Assembly: GCF_000143415.4 (NCBI RefSeq)
Contig: NW_003314345.1
Span: 514,574-578,573 of the forward strand
Direction of reading: 5' to 3'
Length of the DNA: 64,000 nt
Origin: Selaginella moellendorffii
Taxonomy: Eukaryota > Plantae > Lycopodiophyta
A program made the position numbers and the translations under genes. Positions 21,785 to 32,322 of this stretch are shown here, piece by piece. Position 1 is the first letter of the stretch. The number at the start of each line of letters is the position of its first letter. The notes under the pieces are model-generated. The model was given only the letters and a program-made list of their open reading frames with translations, ran no database searches and had not been told where the DNA came from.

Positions 21785-23738
21785 TGGAAACCCTAAGCCT
21801 AGTTAGCACAACCATATCTATTTGGAAAGTAATGTACATTTCATTTTGTAGCCACTTTAATTATTTCTTTTGCCGTGATTTTAATATTCGCAAAACACTA
21901 ATGTACTTTAGTTTGTGAAGTTAATCTTAAACGTTGACTAATGCAATAATAAAATAAAATATATATCAATTCATAAGAAACAAGAAATTACATTTGTAGT
22001 GTAGCTGATAAAATTATTAAGATTGGTTTCCCATAATCTAGCACTAATTAAATATATATATTGAATAGGAAATCTAAACATGAAAGGATTTTTTAATATT
22101 ATTTTTGTAAGGGATTAATGTTCCTATATTATATATCATTTAGATTTTTTCAAGCATAATAAATAGTAATTTTTATACAATTTGTGTTATCTTTACTATT
22201 CTTTCTTGAATAAAACTCTTTCTTGAATAAAGCAAATATAAAAATAAATAAAAAAATTAAATATGTTACTTTAAAGTCTTTATTTAACTATGAACTATAT
22301 ATATATCAATACTTTTATTAAAAAAGAAAAAGGAAAAGAATAATATAACTTTCACAATCTGCAATTTTAATTAATTTTTAATTAGTTAATTCAATATTTT
22401 ATTAAATGTTTTTAATAGTAAAAGCATTAGTGAAAGATTTTTTTTTTCTCAATGTTAGAAATGGACAATACAGATTATAGATGCTCAAATGATGTGTTTG
22501 AACTAAAAGCTAATAAATTTAACTCATTTATGTTTATATGCTTATATATTTAACCATATTATATAAAACTTTAAAATTTCTTTGGAAATTTTAAACAAAA
22601 ATAAGTATAAAAGACTAAAATTTTTATTTTAACTAATGATTTATTGACAAAGTAAAATTTTCTCAACTAACATTTGTGAAGTCTTTAATTTTTTCTTTGT
22701 TAATACTCTTTTAAAACATTATAAACACTTCATCTAAAGTTCACCAATAGTTAATTTCTTTATATGAGATAACACCTCTATAGTGTAAATTTTATTTAAA
22801 ATATAATAATTTTTAAAAATATATTTTATAATTGAAAAATCTTTAGTAAAGTTTTATTAGTATTGTCAAATCTAAGTGCACAACTACAATGTTATATATT
22901 AATATTAATATAGTGGGATTTTGATAGCCATTGGATTGGTTTCAATTTAATCATATATATAAATTAAGTTTTTAGACTAACTAAAAATGTATATTTCTGT
23001 ATTTCATTTTTATATTTTACATCAGTGGAGATCTAAGAAGTGCTTGGATTTATACTTTTGATTTAGATATAGCTTTTGCATTATTTAAATCTCATTTTTC
23101 CTATATCTTTTTAATCTTTTTCATTTTTATTTTTCTTATTTTCATTCATCTTCATCACAAAGTAGCAACTTTCTCATTTGTTAACTCGAGAGAAGCAATT
23201 AGTGCAATTGCTTGATATTATTTGATTACAATTGAACAATTAAATTTAGTTGATAGTAATATTCACATCACATGGTATAGCTCCTTCTGCTTTTGTGCCA
23301 ATCCTTTATTCGATTAAAGTTCTTTTATGGAAATCTTAGGAATAATGTATACCATTGGTTTAATCACTTTACTATGATTGCTATTTATTATTTTTGGGAT
23401 AATGTTTAGTGTCTACACAAGCTTCTCATGTATCTCTAAAGGACGACATTGTAGTGGTACAATGGTTTGAGTGCAACTATTTATGCAAATTGAAACATTC
23501 TCCCAAATATCTTCAAATGTGCATTTAGACATATTGATGATTGTGATATGTCTTTCAACAATTGCATTGTTTCTATAAGAGTTGTTTAAATTAGTGATGC
23601 AATTTAGTGTTCACTTTCGAAGCCTCTTGCTTTATATAGAGCCAAATACATTTGTCATTATATATACTTCAACTCCACTTTACATGGGTGATGATTTTGT
23701 TCCAATGAAAGTTAACATTGTTGTTACCCATATTCAAG

Positions 23739-24514
23739 TGTAAGTAACTAAAGGGAACGATTTGAGAGACGGTCCATGGGGTTCAAATATAGAGGGAAAG
23801 GGCTCATGAATAAGAGTCCTTTCCAATCAGTTAAGGGTCTTGGGGTTAATCGTCCTTGGGTTTGAATAGTACTGGGCTAGGTGACCTCCCGGGAAGTCCA
23901 AACTCAAGAGCTTACATTTGGTATCGGAGCGGTCTCGGGTTTGAATAATACTGGGCTGGGTGACCTCTCGGGAAGTCCAAACTCAAGAGCTTACATTTGG
24001 TATCGGAGCGGTCTCGGAAACTCAAGAGCTTACATTTGGTATCGGAGCGATCTCGAGTCCGACTCCCTTGGTTGGCTAAGGGAATCACACCACATGTTGA
24101 TTGACATCTGGTTGGTCCAGTTCGCTCCCGCTGGGCTCGACCCGAGGGGTAGGGTGCCAAGAGAGCGGGGCTCTCGGGAGAGCTATGGCTCTCAGCTTCC
24201 ATTCATCCCGGGAAGTCCAAACTCAAGAGCTTACATTTGGTATCGGAGCGGTCTCGGGTCGGGCTACGGCTCTCAGCTTCCGTTCACGAGGGCGTGAACT
24301 TACAGGGAAGCGTGGTGGATTGTAAACAACCAAAGGGAACGATTTGAGAAATGGTTCATAGGGTTCAAATATAGAGGGAAAGGGCTCATGAATAAAAGTG
24401 CATCCCCTTTTTCAATCGGTTAAGGGTCTTGGGATATTTGGGGTTAATCGTCCTTGGGTTTGAATAGTACTGGGCTGAGTGACCTCCCGGAAAGTCCAAA
24501 CTCAAGAGCTTACA
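23739..24514 (+). mobile_element. Cassandra-type TRIM, tandem-array form with four PBS copies and a 5-bp TSD TCAAG
   Basis: TCAAG 23734-38 | LTR 23739-23916 | PBS 23919-30 | LTR 3' fragment 23937-95 | PBS 23998-24009 | LTR end 24018-34 | PBS 24037-48 | internal ~24049-24205 | LTR end 24206-35 | PBS 24238-49 | short internal | PPT 24304-20 | LTR 24321-24514 | TCAAG 24515-19. The 5S core is present in both full LTRs. Confidence 0.92.
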
Positions 24515-25447
24515 TCAAGGTCAAAGATAGGGTCATATACCAAGTTTATTTTCTATTACTCAGTTTGTTACTATATGTTGCCATGTATAGTTACATCGTC
24601 TGGCAGACTCAGTCTTCATTCTTTATGGCAATGGCCATATACATGCATATGTGGGGGATGATCCTAAGACCTAACATTGGCAACTCTTGGCAATTATGAA
24701 AGTAAGCTCAACTGTATTGGTAATATTGAATCATGCTTATATAGAAGTTTTTATAGTGAAGCATTAATGAAACTTTATACAAAACAAAGAGATAACAAAT
24801 AACCATCCTAATCTGAATGTTGAAAGTTCCTTTAAAGATTAAACAAGTTGTTCCACCAAACCATTTATCTGTGGATAATAAGCACTCATGAAAATGTGGC
24901 ATATCCCCAAATATGAAATGCCTCAATCATAAATATAGAACTATTATTTGAAAAAATTTACTCAGAATAAAATGTTGGAACATCACTCAATTGAGGAGGA
25001 GGTATCCAACAACAATCATTGATGCACTAGCAAGAATATCAACTTCCATCTAGTGAGTCAAGTAGTCAGAGGTAATAATAATGTACTCATTGCTAACAAT
25101 TAACTATGGAAAAAGCCCTATCATATCAAATGCCACTAACTCAAATAAGTGGGAAATTGCAATCAACTCCAACTATCCTTCTACAGCACAAAGGGGAGTA
25201 TTATGAGCTTGGCACCAAACACAATTATATATATACGAGATAACATCATATTACTTTTCTGACCTATATAAAGTTTCTCAATAATATACTAATGTCCTTT
25301 ATACCCCTATAAAATAGGAGAGTCATAATAAGTATGGAGAAGGTATGAAATAAATATCAAAGGCACCACCATATGTAAATGATCATCAAGATCAATCCTA
25401 ACAAAATAAAGAAGGTTGTCTAAAATGATAAGTCATCAACAAGTGAT

Positions 25448-25642
25448 TGTAAGTTCCTGAGTTTGGACTTCCCGGGAGGTCACCCAACCCAGTACTATTC
25501 AAACCCAAGGACACTTAACCCCAAGTATCCCAAGACCTTTAATCGATTGGAAAAAAGGGTGCACTCTTGTTCATGGGCCCTTTTCCCTCTATATTTGAAC
25601 CCCATGGATCATCTCTCAAGTCGTTCTTTTTGGTTGCTTACA
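25448..25642 (-). mobile_element. Solo LTR of the Cassandra-type family with 5-bp TSD GTGAT
   Basis: GTGAT 25443-47 | TGTAAG...CTTACA (195 bp) | GTGAT 25643-47. No adjacent PBS or PPT. Confidence 0.93.
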
Positions 25643-26019
25643 GTGATGCAAGATTTTTAAAGTCTTTAGATCCACAGCTCAACTTTTTAAGCTTCATGAA
25701 CTTTGTTAAGAAAAGGTAAATTTTGCTTTACACTTTGTGGATACTAAATATCATATGTAATAACTACCAATGGCACAGAATCCTCATTAAAAAAATTCAT
25801 TGATGCTGAAATAGCAAGTTTGTCAAGAACAAGAGAAGAGAGTGAAGAAGGGAAAGGAGCTTGAGAAGGGGCATTAGCATTAGCGATAAAACTTCTAAGA
25901 CAGTGAGCAACCTCAAAATCATATATTTAAAATTTTAGAGCATATTGAGCAGTACAACCAACTAAATTCTTCCACTTCAATAACAAAGTAATTATAGAAT
26001 AGTCACCTATTAGTAATGT

Positions 26020-26430
26020 TCAAAAACAATACAAATATGTATGAAGCTTCTCAAAACCCCAAACTGTTGCTAAACACTCTTTATCTATTGTGGAATAGTT
26101 CATCTCTATTGATTGTAATATGTAGTTGATGTATGCAATAGGATAGTGTTGACTAAGCACACTCAAACTCTTTTGCATTAACACACTTTTAAGACTAATA
26201 TAAAAAAAATTCATGTAGAAAATGAAAAGTTGAGTATAGTCAGGATACACCAAATTATAAGTGTTGTCAATAGCACTTTGAAATTTATAAATGCCTATTC
26301 ACAATCCATAAACTAGATGAAAGATGATATTGATAACTTTAATAATGCTCGTAATAGTGTAATATAATAAAAAAAATTGATCAATAAAATGACTAAGATA
26401 TTGCGTCTTGCCTAAGCTTTCACAAGAAAG
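26020..26430 (-). mobile_element. Old Ty3/gypsy RT-RNase H relic
   Basis: VYPDYTQLFIFY...YPIAYI...NYSTIDKECLATVWGFEKLHTYLY is a gypsy RNase H signature, heavily AT-shifted. Confidence 0.8.
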
Positions 26431-27022
26431 GATGAAGTAAAAAATTTGACTCAACACCACCTATAATGATTGAAGTTTAAACTTTAAATATCTCACATAC
26501 ACAGTTAGGTCTGCCTTATCTCATACACATGTATGTATATGATCATTGCTATAAACAATTGAAGACTAGTTTTACCACATAACACAACTGGAAATGGAAA
26601 CATGTGGCAACAGACTGAGCAATAGAAGATAAACTCAAGCTTGTATCAATCAACATGGAGAGAATAATAAAAGACCTTTTGATATAAAAATAAGTTTTAG
26701 AAAGTAAACATTGGATGAACTAGTGCTAAGTGAACCCCTTGATGGTACTCTTTAGAAAAAGATGGAGGGGTCATTGACTTATTCGCGCAAACACATTTCA
26801 CTATATGTGTGACTCTTCATTTCTTAAAAAAATCTTTATGTCAAGACCTTCCACTATAGCAATACTAATAGGTCATTGTTGACACCAAAGCTTTCACCTA
26901 GAAAATAGAGGAATCTAGAAAATGCCAACAATGCTAATATATATGGTCAACCTCATCACACATTTAACAACAAATGTGTAGCACATATGGTTTTCATTCT
27001 TTATCCTATAGTGGTTTTCCAT

Positions 27023-27111
27023 AATCGGTAAAGGGTTGGGATATTACATCCTTAAGTTTGAATAATATTGAGCTAAGTGACTTCTTAGGAAGTCTAAATT
27101 CAAAAGCTTAC
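27023..27111 (+). repeat. Decayed 3' fragment of Cassandra-type LTR
   Basis: ccttaagtttgaataatattgagctaagtgacttcttaggaagtctaaattcaaaagcttac is the LTR 5S core with mostly G>A and C>T changes. Confidence 0.75.
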
Positions 27112-27112
27112 G

Positions 27113-27697
27113 ACTATATATTTGGAACCCCCCATAACTTCCTTGTTAAGGAATGCACACTTTGGGCTTTCACTCCAAGTCACAGTTAGTACTAGGAGTT
27201 GGTCTTCAGGATAAACTTGAAACTTACTAGTTAAATTGCAAATTTGGATATGGGAACAATACCATCGTATTTAAGACAATCTTTACATTCCATAGATATG
27301 CCAAATTAGTAGATCTAGACACTTTCCATAATAGCAATTAGAACCAAACATGACTAACACAAAGGGCATAATAGCAAAGTGTTTAATAGATATGGTAAGT
27401 TATCATTTAGTGAATATTAAAGGACCAAACTAGGGGTTCTTAATACTAGCAAGTGCAAGTCAATAAATAAGTTTCTTTAATCAAATCATGTATGTTTGAC
27501 TAATAACATTAAAAAATTTGTCCTTATGCTCTTATAGCCAAGAGTACATGCAAAGACCAATTCCTTAACTAGCTCGAGTGGAGATTAAAAAAGGGTTTAG
27601 CAATATTAACCTCTTGCTATCATAGCAATAAAGAAAGAATATTCAAAAAGACTAAACAATAAATAACTTTCAATACTTGCAATCACATTTGCTACAA
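27113..27697. repeat. Dispersed ~0.6-kb repeat, copy 2
   Basis: Collinear with 3376-3968. Confidence 0.75.
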
Positions 27698-28699
27698 GAT
27701 ATCATAACCATGATGTGGGAAATCTTTCCCACTGAGAACAAATCCATCAGGCTCATCTACAAGCACCCACGAGCAACAGCATGGCCGAGCATGTTAGAGA
27801 AAGGCTACAATGCACAGAAAACCTAATGTGAGTGGCATCTATTGAGTTCCAGCTTATATCTCACAGGAACAGGGCATTCAAGTGGGCATGTCCTGGACTT
27901 TTTCAAGGATGCCGTTGTGTGAGCCCTGTTAGGAGCCCTGCCCATAGTGTCTAGCTCGGGCATTGCAAAGAACAAGCTTTTGACCTGGTCTATGCTGGGC
28001 ATAGAACACTAGGACAAGGTCTCGTTCTCGAAAAACAATAAGGCTTGCTCGATCTTACTGCTGTTGAAAATCAAAGTCTAGGAGATTGTGTATTTGTGTG
28101 TGTAGAACCTAATGTCAAGGATTGCGCCACTGAAAGTCATTGAGCTACCTACAGCCACAATACTTTCAACTTTTAATCGGTTTTGCATAACCGTGCACCC
28201 ACACAGCTAGGGTTTTTTTTGTATTTTTTAATTTTTGAGAAAAAAAAGTGAGCGTTTGCAGTTACCCTGCGGATATTACCTCGAACATGGCCTTTGATTC
28301 TTCAACGCTCCTGTTTTGAGCGTGTATAGAGAGCATTGTGTTTGTGGTTGGAAAAGAAGCATCGCTTCCACAACTTGTCCAAGTTCCATGTGTAAATGTC
28401 TCGCTGGGTATCTTGTCGAAACTGGCAATGCTGGCAATATCCTGCCAGAAGGGTGCAGATTTGATACTCAGGCCAGAAAATCGAGTTATGATTCTTTTGC
28501 ACGACTAGCATCGTATGAAGAAATGCTGTGACCAGGCATAGCATCTAAAGAATTAACCAGATGCTCACACATGGCATATGCCGAAAGAAATGTGTTCAAC
28601 GTCATCTATCGTGCTTGCTGTTGAAAAGCTTATGGCTTCGGCCATCTCTAAAAGAGCGGCATTACATGTAACAAGATCGCCGGAGAGGGACATTGAAGC

Positions 28700-28930
28700 T
28701 GGCGGCGACCAGGCAAGTTTTTGACGAGATGCCCGGCAATGGTACGGAGATCCGCAGGAAGCCAGGAGAATCCTGAATGAGGCAATGGCGGAGTACAACA
28801 TCTACTGCTGGAATACGCTGCTGGCAAGCCTGGGCAAATCTTTTATGCAATGCCCCACTGGGACCTGGTCAGCTGGACACTTCTCTTCTCGCTCGCCCAG
28901 CACGGCGGTGACCTCAATCAAGCTCTTTGA
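28700..28930 (+). pseudogene. PPR relic
   Basis: ATRQVFDEMP, EARRILNEAMAEYNIYCWNTLLAS, FYAMPHWDLVSWT. Confidence 0.6.
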
Positions 28931-29716
28931 TTCCCCGTTCACTACCTAGCGTGTATGCTCCTCCCACTTGATTTTTTATTTTGCGGAAAGATTTTTGAAG
29001 CCGAGCAAGTAAACCAACTGGATCAGCCCGGTCCACGGAAGGAAGAACCCCAAATCTCAAGGTTTGGCATTACACACACACCCACACAAAATGTGTGACA
29101 CAAAGGGATTGCATATTTTTACAAGGGTTAAAGAGAGGATGAAATCTCAATTTCCTCCGGTTCTTGTATGTAATGAAATGCATAGTACTCACTAGACGTC
29201 TGCTGAAGAGGATCTTGCTTCCTGCCATGCACTGGAGAAATCCGTAGTGAGGAACCAGATTTAAAATGATAAAACCTAGACATACCATATGGTAACAAGA
29301 ATCATCCTTGCTTGAGCTTAAGCCTTACCAATCTTGAGGACACTTAACATACTATATCCTTGGGTTTGTGGGCGTGCCTGATTACTATTAAGGATTTTGC
29401 TTTGGTCCTTGAATGGTGCAACTATAGATTTACACGCCTCATTCAAGCCTTGAAAGGATGGAGCACTGTTCAAGCAAAGTATACACCTCATCATCTACGC
29501 CACTTTGCAATCCATCTCCTCAATGTAGGTACTAGATACTGATCTGTGGTTGTAGACATTATAACGGGCTGAGTGTTCAATTTAAACAAACCCTAACTGA
29601 GTGTTGATGTGGTAAGTGAGTGTGCTTGGGTGTTGTGTTCTTGAGCATCAGGATAAAACTTTAGTATCTTTTGTTTAGACAGTTACATCAATACTATAAA
29701 TATATTCCCAAGATGC

Positions 29717-29990
29717 TTGTATGAATATGCCCACAATGGGCATATTCCTGATGCAAAAAGAATTTTTGCCGAATCCAGAAGATTCTTTGAGAAGATCTTT
29801 CGCTGGATGCTGGAGAGGAGCCTGATCTCTCTGGTGGCGGCGTATGGCTACCGGACAAGATATCCGAGATTGACGCAGCGATGGTGGGAGCGATCGGTAG
29901 GAGAATCCTGAACAAGATACTGCTCGGCGGGAGTGAAGAAGAGCCTGGCGGCGCCGCCTGCGGCCCAAATCTTCAATGCAATGCCTAAAC
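29717..29990 (+). pseudogene. PPR relic
   Basis: YAHNGHIPDAKRIF, IFRWMLERSLIS, QIFNAMP. Confidence 0.55.
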
Positions 29991-30095
29991 GGTATCGATT
30001 GGCTTACCGGTGGCTTTCCTACGAATATAGAAGGAGATGAAACTCAGTTTGCGAACTCTAGCACTTGATTCCTATCTCAAAACCGTTCGGAGGCT

Positions 30096-30575
30096 TTATG
30101 CAAGGCTCTTAGCACTTGAGGAACGCAGGTGGAGGCAGCCATGGAGGTCTAAAACGAAGGGAAGCCCGAGTGCCTGAAAAAGAAACAAACCATTCCACTT
30201 CTCTACCACTATGATCATCCCGAGGACGGTCTTAAGCTCACGGATAGAAGGCCTTGATCTCGTCGATTCTAAAGGAGAAGAAAGCAGAAGGAAGGTACGG
30301 GCCTTCCCGCCTGAACCACTCGCCCGAGTCATAGATGTCTACTGTTGAAGCTAAAACTCTTGCCTCTTGCGGCTGCACACGAAGATGGAGGTGAGCCGCA
30401 CAAAGTCCACGAATTCGAAGGTGGCCAGGCAGAGCAACCCGGCTCCTGTGCAGGCGATCGTCATGCCCTTACTGGCTTGACAAAAAGGCATCCAGACTTG
30501 AGATAGAGGGAGTGTGCGTACCCTTTGCGGAAGCTTGAAGAACACAAGCTCCAAGCAATCGCTCCTGTTCACCAC
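30096..30575 (-). pseudogene. F-box protein pseudogene C
   Basis: DCLELVFFKLP and KGMTIACTGAGLLCLATFE are paralogous to copy A (FLELVFFRL, KGMMIASSDAGLLCLATFE). Confidence 0.65.
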
Positions 30576-30794
30576 ATTATGTGTGCCATACAGAAGGATA
30601 TTTATACTCCCTCAGTGGTCATGTCATTTGGTCATGTCATTGTTTGACATGACTTTGGAAGATCAAGAGACTGCGATTGCATTTGCAATACAAATGTCAC
30701 TTTGATTGATTAGAAAGCTCTTTCATAGAGCATTGCAAACCAAAGGTGCAATAAAACTTTTGTCGTTGTTTTGTCTCTTAAAAATTTTTGCTGT

Positions 30795-31869
30795 GTGAAG
30801 GCCGGATCCTCGCCCCCGTATTTCCCATCCAGCCCGATTCCAAAGCCTCTGCGATCCACAAACGTTCTCCAGGAGCTGGCTGTGAGCTGGAAGAAGCGAC
30901 ACGTCCGCAAACTCCACAGCATCCTCCACAATCTCCTCAATCTTTTTTTCGATGGCTTTCAACTCCGCCTCACTGGCCAGTCTTTCTTCCAGCAAGTACT
31001 TTTTGAAAGGAGCGATGGGATCGCAAGCATCATACTTGCTCTTTTGCTCTGGACAGAAAGAAAGACCAAAATTTAGCTTCCAAAGAACCAAATAAGAGAG
31101 TGAAGAACAAAGTGAGGCAGGCTTGTAGAGCTCGTCTGAATCGGTGAGAGAATAACCTCTATATACTGATAAGTCTCACACTCCAGTAATGTCGGGCCGT
31201 CACCCTCCGAGCTCTTGCAATGGCTTCCTTGGCCACCTCGCCGACTTTGAGCACATCCATTCCATCGACGTGAACTCCATGCATAGATCTACGGCACTGA
31301 CATAGCTTGGAAGTGGTCCATGCCGATCGCCCAGAGGTTGTTCTCCACCACGTGGACAATCGGCAGCTTCCACAGCACAGCCATGTCCAAGCACTCCAAG
31401 AACTGCCAATTGTAGATCCTTGAGAACTTGCTGCAAGAACTTGGTCGAGAAGGATGCTCCAGTTGCCACGGGGATCCCATTACCGATGAAAGCAAATCCT
31501 CACAGCAGCAGAGAACATATGCAGGGATCCACCTTGGCCGCGGCAGCAGCTAGTGGATTTGCCGAAGAGCTCGCTCATCACTTGCCTGGCAGGGACGCCT
31601 TTGCTCAGCGCGTGGACGTGATTGCGGTAAGTGCTGCAAATGTAGTCCCCTTGAGCGCCTTGATGAATCCCGTGGACACGGCCTCCTGTCCACTGTTGGA
31701 CGAATACAAACATCTTGCTCCTATAATACATCTGCCCAAGGATCATGTCCTCGTAGAGCCCCAATCCCTCCTCCCTCGTCACGAGCTGGAGAGATTCCTT
31801 GACAGGGGCCGCTGTGGGGCCGGCGGCAGCACAGCTGATCCATGGAAATCCTGGCCCTCCTGCCTGCAA
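30795..31869 (-). pseudogene. PDH-E1A: Plastid pyruvate dehydrogenase E1 alpha pseudogene
   Basis: [121 protein letters not shown]. Internal deletions and frameshifts. Confidence 0.9.
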
Positions 31870-32322
31870 ACGCGCTGCTCCTGGCTACCACACTGGAAGA
31901 TTGCATATAAGAATGTCTGCCAAACCAACCATAGCAACATATCAGCCGCACTACCTTTCTCCTTTCAAAGCCGATGGTCTTTGCAATGTATTGAAAATGC
32001 CAAAACATACCTGTAGTTACAAAAAAGAACTTTGACACTTTTATACATATGAATTCCTCAAAAGCACTGCTGCGAGGTTAGAGTGGGAAACCAAACGTGT
32101 TTGTATATTTGTGATTTATAGCTAAGGGGCACAGTGCTGCTCTTTTGAGACAAAAGTGGCTTCTAAGTCGAACCAGTAGAGGGCCTGTGCGACCGTGATA
32201 CAGTTGAGTGTGGTCGGGGCGACATCCTTATGTCAAGCATAAAATCTTGATTCTATTTCTTCTTCTTTTTTCATAACTCTTTAGTAGAGAGATCATATAG
32301 GTCATTTGATGGAGGCAAACTA

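Noticed and set aside
22900-23730. Possible DNA-transposase relic in AT-rich DNA
   Set aside because: No catalytic motif, TIR or TSD could be identified by eye.
23900-24250. Four identical 32-nt repeats with variable spacers resembling a CRISPR array
   Set aside because: The repeat is the LTR 3' end plus the tRNA-iMet PBS, the spacers are TRIM fragments of very unequal length, the context is eukaryotic and there are no cas genes.
24443-24497. Possible 5S rRNA gene (also at 3040-3094 and in the other LTRs)
   Set aside because: Only the ~55-nt internal promoter region matches. The 5S 5' half and 3' end are absent and the segment lies within LTRs.
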